Below, piece after piece: positions 37,488-46,871 of a stretch of DNA of 64,000 nt. A program made the position numbers and the translations under genes. The notes beneath the pieces are model-generated. The model saw only the letters and a program-made list of their open reading frames with translations, was not told the DNA's origin and did no database searches. Within the stretch, counting starts at the first letter, position 1, and the number at the start of each line of letters is the position of its first letter. Location: contig CAZUVH010000004.1 of NCBI GenBank assembly GCA_964623775.1, forward strand, positions 12,280 to 76,279. The letters are read 5' to 3'. The DNA comes from an uncultured Candidatus Saccharibacteria bacterium. GTDB taxonomy: Bacteria; Patescibacteriota; Minisyncoccia; Phycocordibacterales; UBA2100.

Positions 37488-38251
37488 TTGTAAAGAATGA
37501 GGCTGAAATAGAGGCACTTCGCGAGGGCGGCCGACGCCTTGCTCGTCATGTGCGCGAACTCGCTAAGATGGTCAAACCGGGCATTACTTCCAAAGAGCTT
37601 GAAGACGCTGCTCGCGCGATGGTGGAAAAAGACGGCGACACGCCCGCTTTTCTCAACTACAAAGACAAGCGCGATAAACACGGCTACCCATCAGCGCTCT
37701 GTCTCTCCGTCAATGACGTGATTGTGCATTCTCCCGCCGCCGTAAATGACGTGACTATTCAAGAGGGTGATGTCGTCTGTCTCGATTTTGGCATCAAGCA
37801 CAAGGGTCTCTACACCGACCACGCGACGACCGTGATTGCAGGCAAGGCTTTGAATCCGCACGACGAGGAATTGCTCAAGGGCACAAAAGAGGCGCTCGCA
37901 GCCGGTATTAAAGAGGCGCGTGTAGGCAATACGACCGGCGATATCGGGTATGCAGTGGAGAAGATTGCCGAGAAGTATGGATTCGGATTCCCACGCAATC
38001 TCTCTGGTCATGGAGTGGGCAAAGAGGTACACGAAGAGCCGCACGTGCCGAATTATGGCGACAAGGGGAGAGGGACAAAGCTCGTCGAGGGGCTCGTGAT
38101 TGCGATTGAGCCGATGATGACGCTTGGATCGGGCGATCTCTATGTCGATCAGGATGGTCACTCATACCGCACCAAGGATGGTTCACGCACAGCGCATTTC
38201 GAGCACACCGTTTTGATCACCAAAAAGGGCCCTGAAATATTGACCGCATAA
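37484..38251 (+). CDS. map: Type I methionine aminopeptidase
   Basis: GHGVG..VHEEP, AIEPM, HFEHT. Confidence 0.96.
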   Translation: MIVKNEAEIEALREGGRRLARHVRELAKMVKPGITSKELEDAARAMVEKDGDTPAFLNYKDKRDKHGYPSALCLSVNDVIVHSPAAVNDVTIQEGDVVCLDFGIKHKGLYTDHATTVIAGKALNPHDEELLKGTKEALAAGIKEARVGNTTGDIGYAVEKIAEKYGFGFPRNLSGHGVGKEVHEEPHVPNYGDKGRGTKLVEGLVIAIEPMMTLGSGDLYVDQDGHSYRTKDGSRTAHFEHTVLITKKGPEILTA

Positions 38252-38261
38252 AAACACCGTT

Positions 38262-38297
38262 TGTACCTAAAAGTATCTATAGGTTAGTATAAGTACA
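38262..38297. repeat. 36-bp palindromic direct repeat, left copy
   Basis: TGTACCTAAAAGTATCTATAGGTTAGTATAAGTACA. Confidence 0.9.
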
Positions 38298-38298
38298 C

Positions 38299-38865
38299 AT
38301 GGGAAAGTTGGAGGAACACAGTAGAAAACGCACCAAACGGAATCAGTTAAAGAAAATTGTCCTCGAGACGGTAAAGGTCGCGGGAATTTTGAGCATTGCA
38401 CTCCTTGCGCCGAATGTCGTTGGTGCCATGGCGAAACTTGGAATAATTCCATCGTCGCGTCAGGCGGATGTCGTAAATCGTACCTCAAGTCGGCTTGTTG
38501 GATCCGGGCTCTTGCGCTGGGAAGACGGGAAACTGCGCCTCACAAACAAGGGTGAACGAGCGCTCCGCTTGCTTACGCTTGAAGAATTTTCAAAGAAACG
38601 ACCGAGACGATGGGATCACAAATGGCGTGTTCTGATCTTCGATATTCCTGAAAAGCGTAAACCTCTGCGTATCAAACTTCGAGAAACATTGCGGACGATT
38701 GGTTTTGAACGACTACAGGACAGTGTGTGGATCTATCCGTTCGACTGCGAAGAATTGATCACGCTGCTCAAGGCCGACTTTCATGTCGGGGACGATGTTA
38801 TCTACATGATTGTTGACTCTATCGAGAGGGACGAGAAATTCAGACGTCATTTCAATCTCCTATGA
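38299..38865 (+). CDS. PaaX-like protein (winged helix + Cas2-like ferredoxin fold)
   Basis: LRLTNKG, WDHKWRVLIFDIPE, LRTIGF..LQDSVWIYP. Confidence 0.85.
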   Translation: MGKLEEHSRKRTKRNQLKKIVLETVKVAGILSIALLAPNVVGAMAKLGIIPSSRQADVVNRTSSRLVGSGLLRWEDGKLRLTNKGERALRLLTLEEFSKKRPRRWDHKWRVLIFDIPEKRKPLRIKLRETLRTIGFERLQDSVWIYPFDCEELITLLKADFHVGDDVIYMIVDSIERDEKFRRHFNLL

Positions 38866-38901
38866 TGTACTTATAAGTATCTATAGGTTGTTATAAGTAC
38901 A
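38866..38901. repeat. 36-bp palindromic direct repeat, right copy
   Basis: TGTACTTATAAGTATCTATAGGTTGTTATAAGTACA; 32/36 identical to the left copy. Confidence 0.9.
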
Positions 38902-38941
38902 AATCTAACAGTTACGAATCGTGGCTGGTACAATACTTTGC

Positions 38942-40207
38942 ATGGATATCCTGATCGTCGGAAGCGGTGGGCGAGAGCACGCGCTTGCGTGGAAGATCGC
39001 GCAATCGCCGCGTGCGGGCAAGATCTATATCGCGCCGGGTAATGGCGGCACTCGTGCACTCGGTGAAAACGTGCCTATCGCGGCGACCGACGTATCGAAT
39101 CTCGTGAAATTCGCGGCGGAAAAAAGCATTGGACTTACGGTCGTGGGACCGGAAGAATCGCTCGCGGCAGGCATCGTCGATATTTTCAAGGCGCATGGCC
39201 TGCGCATATTTGGACCAACGAAAGCCGCCGCGCAGATCGAGACCTCAAAAACATTTGCGAAACAGCTCATGCGTGAGGCGCATATCGCTACCCCTGCATT
39301 CAACGTGGCGCGCACGATCGACGAGGCGACTGCCAATATCCGCAGGATGAAAGCACCGTACGTGATAAAAGCGAGCGGTCTTGCGGCTGGGAAGGGTGTC
39401 TACCTATGCAATTCGATTGAAGAGGCGGACGAGATCGCGCAAAAGATCATGGTCGAGCATGTATTAGGAGAGGCGGGTAGTGAGCTGGTGATAGAGGAAT
39501 TTGTCGATGGACCCGAGATCTCGATACATACATTCACCGATGGGCGCAATTATGTGTCATTTCCTCCCGCACAGGATCATAAGCGCATCGGCGAGAAGGA
39601 TACGGGAAAAAATACGGGAGGGATGGGGGTTATCGTACCTGTGCCCTGGTTCCAGCCGGAGGGACTGATCGGTATCGAGCAGCACATCGTAAAGCCTGTG
39701 CTCGACGCGCTCGCGATGAAGGACACGCCGTTTACGGGACTCCTGTACCCCGGTATCAAGCTGCCAGTTTCCGGCCCGACGGTTCTTGAATTCAATGCGC
39801 GCTTTGGCGATCCGGAGGCGCAGGTGTACATGCGATTACTCAAGAGCGATATTCTCGATCTTCTTGAGGGATGCGTCGATGGAGGCCTTACTGCCGCAGG
39901 TGTGAAATGGAATTGGGGATTCGCGGTGACAGTGGTGCTCGCGTCGGGCGGATACCCCGATGAATACAAGACCGATATCCCAATACAGGGGATTGATCAA
40001 GCGGAGCGGATGAATGATGTCGTCATTTTCCACATGGGCACTCCGTCCGACGGCGACCACCGAACTCGTGGTGGACGCGTCCTCGGGGTCTCTGCACTCG
40101 GCTCGACGCTCGAAGATGCTCTGGCAAAGGCGTATGCCGCGGCAGACGTGATTCACTTTGAGGGAAAATACGTACGTAGGGATATCGGCAGCTCTTCGCT
40201 GCACTAG
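38942..40207 (+). CDS. purD: Phosphoribosylamine--glycine ligase
   Basis: GSGGREHA, GLAAGKGV, QDHKR, NTGGMG, EFNARFGDPE. Confidence 0.96.
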   Translation: MDILIVGSGGREHALAWKIAQSPRAGKIYIAPGNGGTRALGENVPIAATDVSNLVKFAAEKSIGLTVVGPEESLAAGIVDIFKAHGLRIFGPTKAAAQIETSKTFAKQLMREAHIATPAFNVARTIDEATANIRRMKAPYVIKASGLAAGKGVYLCNSIEEADEIAQKIMVEHVLGEAGSELVIEEFVDGPEISIHTFTDGRNYVSFPPAQDHKRIGEKDTGKNTGGMGVIVPVPWFQPEGLIGIEQHIVKPVLDALAMKDTPFTGLLYPGIKLPVSGPTVLEFNARFGDPEAQVYMRLLKSDILDLLEGCVDGGLTAAGVKWNWGFAVTVVLASGGYPDEYKTDIPIQGIDQAERMNDVVIFHMGTPSDGDHRTRGGRVLGVSALGSTLEDALAKAYAAADVIHFEGKYVRRDIGSSSLH

Positions 40208-40225
40208 GAGTGATATACTTTTTTT

Positions 40226-40690
40226 ATGCCGCCTACGCCCGACGCTCCGCAGGGAAACCTTCAGGCACATGAAACGACCGCGTATCTGAAGAGCCCTATA
40301 ATTTTTTTCGCGGCCGGAGTGGCTATCGGGATCATTTCGACATTGATCTACATTTCTATCAATCCCGCACCGTCAAATATTGTTGCGACCACAGCTGAGC
40401 CTCGTTCAGATGAAGAATGCTCCGCCGCGTACATGTATAAAGTTGACTATGTTACCGTAATGCTCGCTGCAGATGGCTATGAAGTAATTGCACGCGGTCT
40501 TTTTTATAGTCCGAAGTTCAATATGTGCGCGGGCGCTATTCTCATGAAGAAAAACGAACAGACGAGTGACTGGGTATTTAATGTTGCAACAAACGAGACC
40601 TTAAGCGTCGAAGACCGTGACGCTATCATGCGCGAATTTAATTCCCGCGGGATGGAAGCGAGTTCGACAGAAGCAGTGGTGACAGAGTGA
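40226..40690 (+). CDS. Hypothetical single-TM protein
   Basis: 154-aa ORF with TGATATACT directly upstream. Confidence 0.7.
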   Translation: MPPTPDAPQGNLQAHETTAYLKSPIIFFAAGVAIGIISTLIYISINPAPSNIVATTAEPRSDEECSAAYMYKVDYVTVMLAADGYEVIARGLFYSPKFNMCAGAILMKKNEQTSDWVFNVATNETLSVEDRDAIMREFNSRGMEASSTEAVVTE

Positions 40691-40702
40691 TATACTTTTT
40701 AT

Positions 40703-43519
40703 ATGCCACCGCAGATGGAGCGGCCGCGCGCCGCTACTCCAGAGAAGTTCAAATCTCCCGAAGAGGAGCTGCAGTATCTGCGAGAGCGGGTGAGGGAAAA
40801 GGAACAGGAGCTCGAAGCTGCCCCCAGTCGTTTTGAGCGTGACCGCATCACCAAGCGCGAGGTTGCCGAGTACGCCGACGTCCCGGCGGCCACGATTTTG
40901 CACGAGACGGTTCGCATGGCTGAGCATGACATCGTGCATAACGTCCTGAAGCTCGAGCCTGAGACGCATGATGTCCAGATCGATGAATTACTCCGACTCG
41001 TTTCAACTCATGGTATTCGCAACGCGCTCTCGATCGTCGCGCGGCTGAAAAACCCGCATTTGGAGGATGATCTCCATCGCGCGCTTGTGCAGTACGTGCA
41101 CGAAGGCCTGCCTGATCACGGTATTCCTGCGCCCGAGCGCGTGCGTCATGCGCTCGACCTCGTGCTTTTTGAGATTCACCCGCAGGCGCACGGCGAAGGA
41201 GATGCAAAAGAGATGCAGCAACACAAGCTCGAGCAACTCCTCTCATCATCGGAACAGCTCTATGCTGGCCTCGTATCGCTCATTGCGCACGGAGAGGGAT
41301 TTTCCCTCGAGATCGCGGTGGGCCAAGGGACCGAAGAGGCTTCGCTGTATCTCGCGGTACCGCACCAGAAAAAGGTGCTTGCCGAGCGCTTGATTGGCGC
41401 GGTCTTTCCCAATGCACGCATCACTGAGAATCGGGGCGATTACAATATTTTCAACTACGAGGGCGAACATGCGGCTGCGTATGCGACGTTTGCCGATCAC
41501 CCGGCACTGCCGCTTAAGACCCCCGACATGTTCGACCACGATCCGATGAACATGCTTCTCGCATCATTTGCAAAGATCGCGAAGCACGGCGAGGGCGCGG
41601 CGCTTCAGATCACCGTCTCTACAGAAGGAGACCGCTACAATCATCACTACAAAAAAATGATGCGTGAGCTTGAAAAGGGGAAGCCGTTCCTTGAGGCTAT
41701 CAAGATACCGGAGAGTGAGCTTGGCGAGTCGCTCCGCACAGTGGCAAAGCAACTCTTCTCTTCGAAGGAAAAACTGGAGGAAGAGAAAAATATGCAGATG
41801 CGTCGCTCGGCAGATCAGGTGGCAACGGAAGAATTGGGTCGCAAGGTAAAGACTCGTATCGTACCCGTCTCTATCCGCGTCGTCGCATCTGCGCCCACGC
41901 ACGCACGGGCAGAGGCGCTTGTGAGCAACATCGAGTCCGCATTTAGCCAATTCGACAATTCGCGCGGCAATCGCATCGAATTTACCAAAGTTTCGAGCTG
42001 GAGCATTCGTGATTTCATGCGTGATTTTATGTACCGTACCTTCGACTCTTCGATCGCGATGCCGCTCTCGCTTGCGGAGCTTACCTCGATCTTTCACTTC
42101 ACCGCAGAGCGTGTCACGACATCGCGCGAATTGAAGCGCTCATTTGGTAAGCAGGCCCCTGCACCAGTTGAGACGCCTCAAGAAGGCATCACTATGGGCA
42201 TCAATCGATATGGCGCGGACGAGACCAAGGTACATATCGGCCAGAGTGATCGTCTGCGCCACTGCTATGTCATCGGTCAGACGGGCACCGGAAAGACGGG
42301 CTTCCTCAAAAACCTCATCAAGCAGGACATGGAAAACGGCGAAGGCGTCGCTTTTATCGATCCGCACGGCAACGACATCGAGGACATTCTCGCGATGGTG
42401 CCGCCACATCGGGTGAAGGACGTAATCTATTTTGACCCCGCGCACACGGATCGGCCAATGGGTCTCAATATGCTCGAATATGATCGCTCAAAGCCAGAGA
42501 TGAAGACCTTTGTCGTCGATGAGGTCTACGGTATTTTCCGCAAACTTTATGCTGATGTGCCGGAGGCGTTTGGTCCGATGTTTGAGCAGTACTACCGCAA
42601 CGCTGTGCAGCTCGTCGTCGAAGATCCCGACAGCGGCTCTACATTTGTGGAAATCCCGCGCGTCTTTGCCGATCCGCAGTTCCGTAATCTCAAGCTCTCG
42701 CGCTGCAAGAATCCGATCATCGTGCAATTTTGGCGCAAAATCGCTGAGCAGGCACAGGGCGACCCCTCACTCGAGAATGTCGCGCCATACATCACGAGTA
42801 AATTCGACGTATTCCTGACCAACGACATCATGCGCCCGATCGTCTCGCAGGAGAAATCCGCGTTCAATTTCCGCGAGATCATGGACGGCAGGAAGATTTT
42901 TCTCGCCAATCTTTCAAAAGGTCGCCTCGGCGATCGCAACACCTCACTCCTCGGTCTCATTCTCGTATCGAAATTTCTACAAGCTGCATTTTCCCGCGTT
43001 GACACACGGGGAGGGGATTTACCTGTCTTCTATATGTACATCGACGAATTTCAGAACTTCGCGACGCCATCGATCTCGACGATCCTCTCTGAGGCTCGAA
43101 AATACAAGCTCTCGCTCACAATCGCGCACCAATTCATCGCGCAGCTCGAGGAGCCGATCCGCGATGCCGTGATCGGCAACGTCGGCACAAAGGCGGCATT
43201 TCGTATTGGTACGACCGATGCCGAATTCCTGGAAAAGCAGTTTGCGCCGATATTCAGTGCACAGGATCTTGAGAATTTGCCCAATCGTCAGGCCGTCTTG
43301 TCACTCTTGGTCAATGGCGTGCCCGCAAGGCCGTTTACTGTCCAGACCGAAGATTTGCCTCATATGGATTACGCGAAAGTCGATCCGATCAAGCAGCTCT
43401 CGTATCAGACCTACGGCCGCCCACGCGAGGAGGTCGAAAACGAAGTCCGCGTTAAATTCGACGCGAGCTACGGCAAGAAACCTGCCGCAGAAATCCCGCC
43501 GACACCTCTGTATCAGTAG
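40703..43519 (+). CDS. VirD4/TrwB/HerA-like ATPase (type IV coupling protein-like)
   Basis: RLRHCYVIGQTGTGKT, IDPHG, YIDEFQNF, LSEARKY. Confidence 0.9.
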   Translation: MPPQMERPRAATPEKFKSPEEELQYLRERVREKEQELEAAPSRFERDRITKREVAEYADVPAATILHETVRMAEHDIVHNVLKLEPETHDVQIDELLRLVSTHGIRNALSIVARLKNPHLEDDLHRALVQYVHEGLPDHGIPAPERVRHALDLVLFEIHPQAHGEGDAKEMQQHKLEQLLSSSEQLYAGLVSLIAHGEGFSLEIAVGQGTEEASLYLAVPHQKKVLAERLIGAVFPNARITENRGDYNIFNYEGEHAAAYATFADHPALPLKTPDMFDHDPMNMLLASFAKIAKHGEGAALQITVSTEGDRYNHHYKKMMRELEKGKPFLEAIKIPESELGESLRTVAKQLFSSKEKLEEEKNMQMRRSADQVATEELGRKVKTRIVPVSIRVVASAPTHARAEALVSNIESAFSQFDNSRGNRIEFTKVSSWSIRDFMRDFMYRTFDSSIAMPLSLAELTSIFHFTAERVTTSRELKRSFGKQAPAPVETPQEGITMGINRYGADETKVHIGQSDRLRHCYVIGQTGTGKTGFLKNLIKQDMENGEGVAFIDPHGNDIEDILAMVPPHRVKDVIYFDPAHTDRPMGLNMLEYDRSKPEMKTFVVDEVYGIFRKLYADVPEAFGPMFEQYYRNAVQLVVEDPDSGSTFVEIPRVFADPQFRNLKLSRCKNPIIVQFWRKIAEQAQGDPSLENVAPYITSKFDVFLTNDIMRPIVSQEKSAFNFREIMDGRKIFLANLSKGRLGDRNTSLLGLILVSKFLQAAFSRVDTRGGDLPVFYMYIDEFQNFATPSISTILSEARKYKLSLTIAHQFIAQLEEPIRDAVIGNVGTKAAFRIGTTDAEFLEKQFAPIFSAQDLENLPNRQAVLSLLVNGVPARPFTVQTEDLPHMDYAKVDPIKQLSYQTYGRPREEVENEVRVKFDASYGKKPAAEIPPTPLYQ

Positions 43520-43574
43520 GCGAAAGTCGCGCCTTGAGGTGGTAAATGCAAAAAAATACTGTAATATGGCGCGC

Positions 43575-44108
43575 ATGGCACACAAAAAAACAGCTCTAAA
43601 AGAAGAGCAAACACTTATCGTTTTTAAACCAGACGCTGTACAGCGCGGCATCGTGGGGGAGATCCTCATGCGCTTTGAGCGCGTCGGTCTCAAGATTGTC
43701 GGCGCGAAGATGGTGCAGCCTTCCGAAGAGCACTTCTTCAAGCACTACGAAGATATCGGCAAGATGATATCGCGCCGCGGCAAGAAAACGTTTGAAATAA
43801 CACTCGAGCTTATGCAGTCTGGTCCGGTAATCGCCTTTGTGCTCGAGGGCATCGAAGCTGTGGGCCTCGTGCGCAAGATGGTCGGCACGACGGAGCCAAA
43901 GTCCGCTGCGCCAGGCACGATCCGTGGCGATTATTCTCACATGAGCTTCGGGCACGCCGATAAGCATGGTGTCGGAGTACCAAATCTGATCCACGCGTCC
44001 GGTGATCCTGCCGAAGCCAAAGAAGAAATCGCGCACTGGTTTACCGAAGAGGAGCTTTTCCCGTACGAGACAGTTCACGAAAAGTACACCCAGACGAAAA
44101 AGAATTAA
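43575..44108 (+). CDS. ndk: Nucleoside diphosphate kinase
   Basis: KPDAVQRG, PGTIRGDY, NLIHAS. Start 43575 or 43566. Confidence 0.95.
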   Translation: MAHKKTALKEEQTLIVFKPDAVQRGIVGEILMRFERVGLKIVGAKMVQPSEEHFFKHYEDIGKMISRRGKKTFEITLELMQSGPVIAFVLEGIEAVGLVRKMVGTTEPKSAAPGTIRGDYSHMSFGHADKHGVGVPNLIHASGDPAEAKEEIAHWFTEEELFPYETVHEKYTQTKKN

Positions 44109-44160
44109 AAGGTCACGATGAATTTTCCGCTTGCGGGAAATTCCCGCAGGAGGATAATTA

Positions 44161-44307
44161 GAGCAGCGGCAGGTACGAAACCTGCTGGTGTGAATACGGG
44201 AGATCGAATCGCAGTTTCGCAATGAGAACTCGCAAGAGATTTCAGCGCGATTCGTAGCTGAGATCACCCACCTGGCATCAAACCAGGCCACCGTACCTCC
44301 GCTACTC
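44161..44307 (+). ncRNA. ssrS: Probable 6S RNA
   Basis: About 147 nt; ends pair (GAGCAGCGGCAGGTACG / CGTACCTCCGCTACTC); apical stem CGAATCGC/GCGATTCG; ACCCACCTG...CAGG side hairpin as recalled for Terrabacteria 6S RNAs; GATAAT upstream and terminator downstream. Confidence 0.6.
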
Positions 44308-44312
44308 AAGAG

Positions 44313-44336
44313 TCCCTCCGATACAGAGGGATTTTT
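44313..44336 (+). terminator. Intrinsic terminator of the ncRNA
   Basis: TCCCTC...GAGGGA followed by TTTTT. Confidence 0.7.
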
Positions 44337-44429
44337 GATTTCTACCTGAGAAGTGAGAGAATAGCCAAGGTTTAGGAGACTCGAAGAATGTCCGCAAAGT
44401 ACTTCCGACACAGTGTTAAAATGTTTGAA

Positions 44430-44873
44430 ATGCGAAGCTACTTTCTCCTTGCGTGCCAACTCGCCGCTCTGGGCATCCTAGTCGTGTGGAACAATGTTCT
44501 CGGCCTCGATCTTGAATTCTATGACCGTGTTTGGGGCTGGGATATCGTTTCGCATATTCTCGGCGGATTGTGGGTCGGTTTGTTCGTCGCCTGGGCGGCC
44601 TCGCACCCCTCGAGGCGCATTGCGCGCGCGCTCGGCAAAAGGGGAGGTGCACTGTTTCTCGCGGCGCACTCTTGTTTCCGGGCACGCACGATCTTCTGGT
44701 GTGTCATGAGCGCGATCGCTTTCGGTGTGATCTGGGAAATATACGAATGGTGGGCGGGTCTCCAGTACACGATGTATCCATGGCCGATAGAAGTGGAAGT
44801 AGTCAAAGATCTCGTCGACGACGCCATTGGCGGATATATTGCAGGATACTTTATAAATCGATCTCGCCGGTGA
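44430..44873 (+). CDS. Membrane protein (VanZ/DUF2238-like)
   Basis: WDIVSHILGG, WEIYE, KDLVDD motifs in TM helices. Confidence 0.7.
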   Translation: MRSYFLLACQLAALGILVVWNNVLGLDLEFYDRVWGWDIVSHILGGLWVGLFVAWAASHPSRRIARALGKRGGALFLAAHSCFRARTIFWCVMSAIAFGVIWEIYEWWAGLQYTMYPWPIEVEVVKDLVDDAIGGYIAGYFINRSRR

Positions 44874-44919
44874 TTCACCACCGCACTAGCTTCTAGTGCG
44901 GTGGTATAATTTATATACG

Positions 44920-45597
44920 ATGAAGAAGTTTGCCAATCCGAAACACACGCAGGTGCCCAAGAATTTCTGCCGTCTGCCCAATGGTTACGGCGTCGTACGC
45001 ATCGCCGTATCTGGCTCCGCCGATACGTCACTCAATGGACTCGATGCATATGAGAAAGCCAAAGAGGTGGGGAGGGAGATTGCCTTGCAGGGCGGGATCA
45101 TCGTCACGGGCGCGACGACCGGCTTTCCCATGTACGCAGCCATGGGTGCTAAAGACGAATGCGGCTTCTCAATCGGACTCTCGCCTGCGGGCAATGAAGT
45201 CGAGCATATTGAGCTGTATCAATTGCCGATCGACTACATGGACGTGGTCATCTATTCCGGATTTGGATATGCGGGCCGCGACCTCCTCATGATCCGCGCA
45301 GCTGATGCGGTGATCATCGGGCCCGGCAGGATCGGCACTCTCAATGAATTTGCTGTCGCATTTGAGGATCGTCGTCCAATCGGAATCCTGGAGGGAAGCT
45401 GGGGGACGGATGAGCTCCTGAGAGAAGTGATCCGTCAGGCGAATCGCCCGAATGACAAGATCATTTTCGACTCTGATCCCAAGAAGCTGGTAACGCGACT
45501 CATCGAAATGGTAATGAATGATAAGACGAAGCCCCCGCTCGTGTACAACAACAGCGACAGCCGCACCCCAGGGAAGGAGATGGAGGTGATTTTGTAA
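44920..45597 (+). CDS. LOG/SLOG-family Rossmann-fold protein
   Basis: IAVSGS, VTGATTG, GRIGTLNEF. Confidence 0.85.
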   Translation: MKKFANPKHTQVPKNFCRLPNGYGVVRIAVSGSADTSLNGLDAYEKAKEVGREIALQGGIIVTGATTGFPMYAAMGAKDECGFSIGLSPAGNEVEHIELYQLPIDYMDVVIYSGFGYAGRDLLMIRAADAVIIGPGRIGTLNEFAVAFEDRRPIGILEGSWGTDELLREVIRQANRPNDKIIFDSDPKKLVTRLIEMVMNDKTKPPLVYNNSDSRTPGKEMEVIL

Positions 45598-45661
45598 CAC
45601 TCGTTGATTTCCGAACCCTGCGGTATACACTGCGGGTAGCTAAAGCCACGGGAGTTTTCGG

Positions 45662-46159
45662 ATGAAAAAGAATGAAGTACCTCATTTCATTGAGAAGATT
45701 GCAAAACGAGCGCCGAATTTTGCTGACCTCACTGAGCTTGCGCTCGCAGACGTGCAGCCATTGAACGGCAAAGCCGAAATGGTGTGCGGCCCAATTACGA
45801 CAGGCGGGTATGGTAATTGCGTGGTCAATTTGCTCGTCTTCAATCACGCGATTGAGGTCTTGCAGCTCGCAGGGCGACCGATGTTTAGCCAGATGCCCTA
45901 CGAAGCGGGACTTGCAGATCTCGAGCATGATTGGCGGCTGCGGCATCCTGGACAGGAATACTGCCACCCAATCCTCGACGAATTCTATGCACGGTTCTTA
46001 TTACCTGAATATTTCAAGCGACTGTGGTTTTTGCCGAATTGGCAGACCTCAACCGGCGCGAAGTGGGAACACGAGCACGCGGTCCGTTATGGCATCGAAC
46101 GGAGATACATTTTGGACGATTGGCTTCTCAATTTCCAGTTGCCGACCGATCTCGATTGA
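45662..46159 (+). CDS. DUF4406-like / nucleoside deoxyribosyltransferase-fold protein
   Basis: VCGPITTG and LPNWQTSTGAKWEH motifs. Confidence 0.6.
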   Translation: MKKNEVPHFIEKIAKRAPNFADLTELALADVQPLNGKAEMVCGPITTGGYGNCVVNLLVFNHAIEVLQLAGRPMFSQMPYEAGLADLEHDWRLRHPGQEYCHPILDEFYARFLLPEYFKRLWFLPNWQTSTGAKWEHEHAVRYGIERRYILDDWLLNFQLPTDLD

Positions 46160-46214
46160 ACTTAAAAAGGACCCGCGTGGGTCCTTTTCTCTGGCGTAAG
46201 AGTATACTGATAGT

Positions 46215-46288
46215 GGCCCGGTGGCAGAAGTAACATGCGCGGGTGGGTGAAACCCCCGATATGTCGGTGAACAATCCGACCCTGGCCT
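46215..46288 (+). ncRNA. Degenerate tRNA-like RNA
   Basis: Cloverleaf: GGCCCGG/CCTGGCC acceptor, GCA/TGC D-stem, bulged anticodon arm with GTGAAAC loop, GTCGG/CCGAC T-stem with a non-canonical 8-nt loop. TATACT upstream, terminator downstream. Confidence 0.55.
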
Positions 46289-46296
46289 TCAAAACC

Positions 46297-46322
46297 AAAA
46301 GGACCCCTGCGGGTCCTTTTTT
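46297..46322. terminator. Bidirectional terminator (near-identical hairpin at 46164-46188)
   Basis: AAAAGGACCC-CTGC-GGGTCCTTTT. Confidence 0.8.
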
Positions 46323-46324
46323 GA

Positions 46325-46672
46325 TTATGCCTTGAGTTGTTTCGTCAGGCGCTCGAAGACCTCGGGGTGGTCTTTTGCGAGACCGGCGAGCGACTTGCGG
46401 TCGAGCGCGATCTGACCTTTCTTGAGGGCCCCAATGAACTTGGAGTAGGAGAGACCGAGCGGGCGTACGCCAGCGTTGATGCGGAGGCTCCAGAGATTGC
46501 GGTAATCGCGCTTCTTGGTGCGGCGGTGGCGGAACGCGTGGACGCCTGCGTGTTTGATGGCCACCTTTGCGATGCGTTCCTTGCTGCCGCGGTCGAAGCG
46601 GTAGCCTTTTACCTGCGCAAGAATGTTCTTGCGGTGCTTATTCTTCATTGTGCCTCGTTTGACGCGTGCCAT
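46325..46672 (-). CDS. rplT: 50S ribosomal protein L20
   Basis: MARVKRG, RINAG, SYSKFI, LDRKSLA. Confidence 0.97.
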   Translation of the reverse strand: MARVKRGTMKNKHRKNILAQVKGYRFDRGSKERIAKVAIKHAGVHAFRHRRTKKRDYRNLWSLRINAGVRPLGLSYSKFIGALKKGQIALDRKSLAGLAKDHPEVFERLTKQLKA

Positions 46673-46678
46673 ATCTAT

Positions 46679-46870
46679 TTATTGATTAGGAAAAAAACGG
46701 CTCTTATCGGAATTGCTCATTGTCGCGTGGAAATCAACAGAGCGGCTCTTGCGCTGCTTTTCACCACCGGAGCGCTTGGCGTTGAAGTGGTTGTGGCCGG
46801 GGACCCGAGCAATGATCTTGCCCTTTTTGGTCACGCGAAGGCGCTTTAGGAATGACTTGTTCGATTTCAT
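46679..46870 (-). CDS. rpmI: 50S ribosomal protein L35
   Basis: MKSNKSFLKRLRVTKKGKI; lies between infC and rplT. Confidence 0.92.
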   Translation of the reverse strand: MKSNKSFLKRLRVTKKGKIIARVPGHNHFNAKRSGGEKQRKSRSVDFHATMSNSDKSRFFPNQ

Positions 46871-46871
46871 A

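Noticed and set aside
38262-38901. CRISPR-Cas locus
   Set aside because: Only two repeats, separated by a 568-bp gene-containing interval; no spacers, cas1 or effector genes.
40703-43519. Conjugative element or ICE
   Set aside because: No relaxase, VirB genes or integrase; it sits among housekeeping genes, as such ATPases commonly do in CPR.
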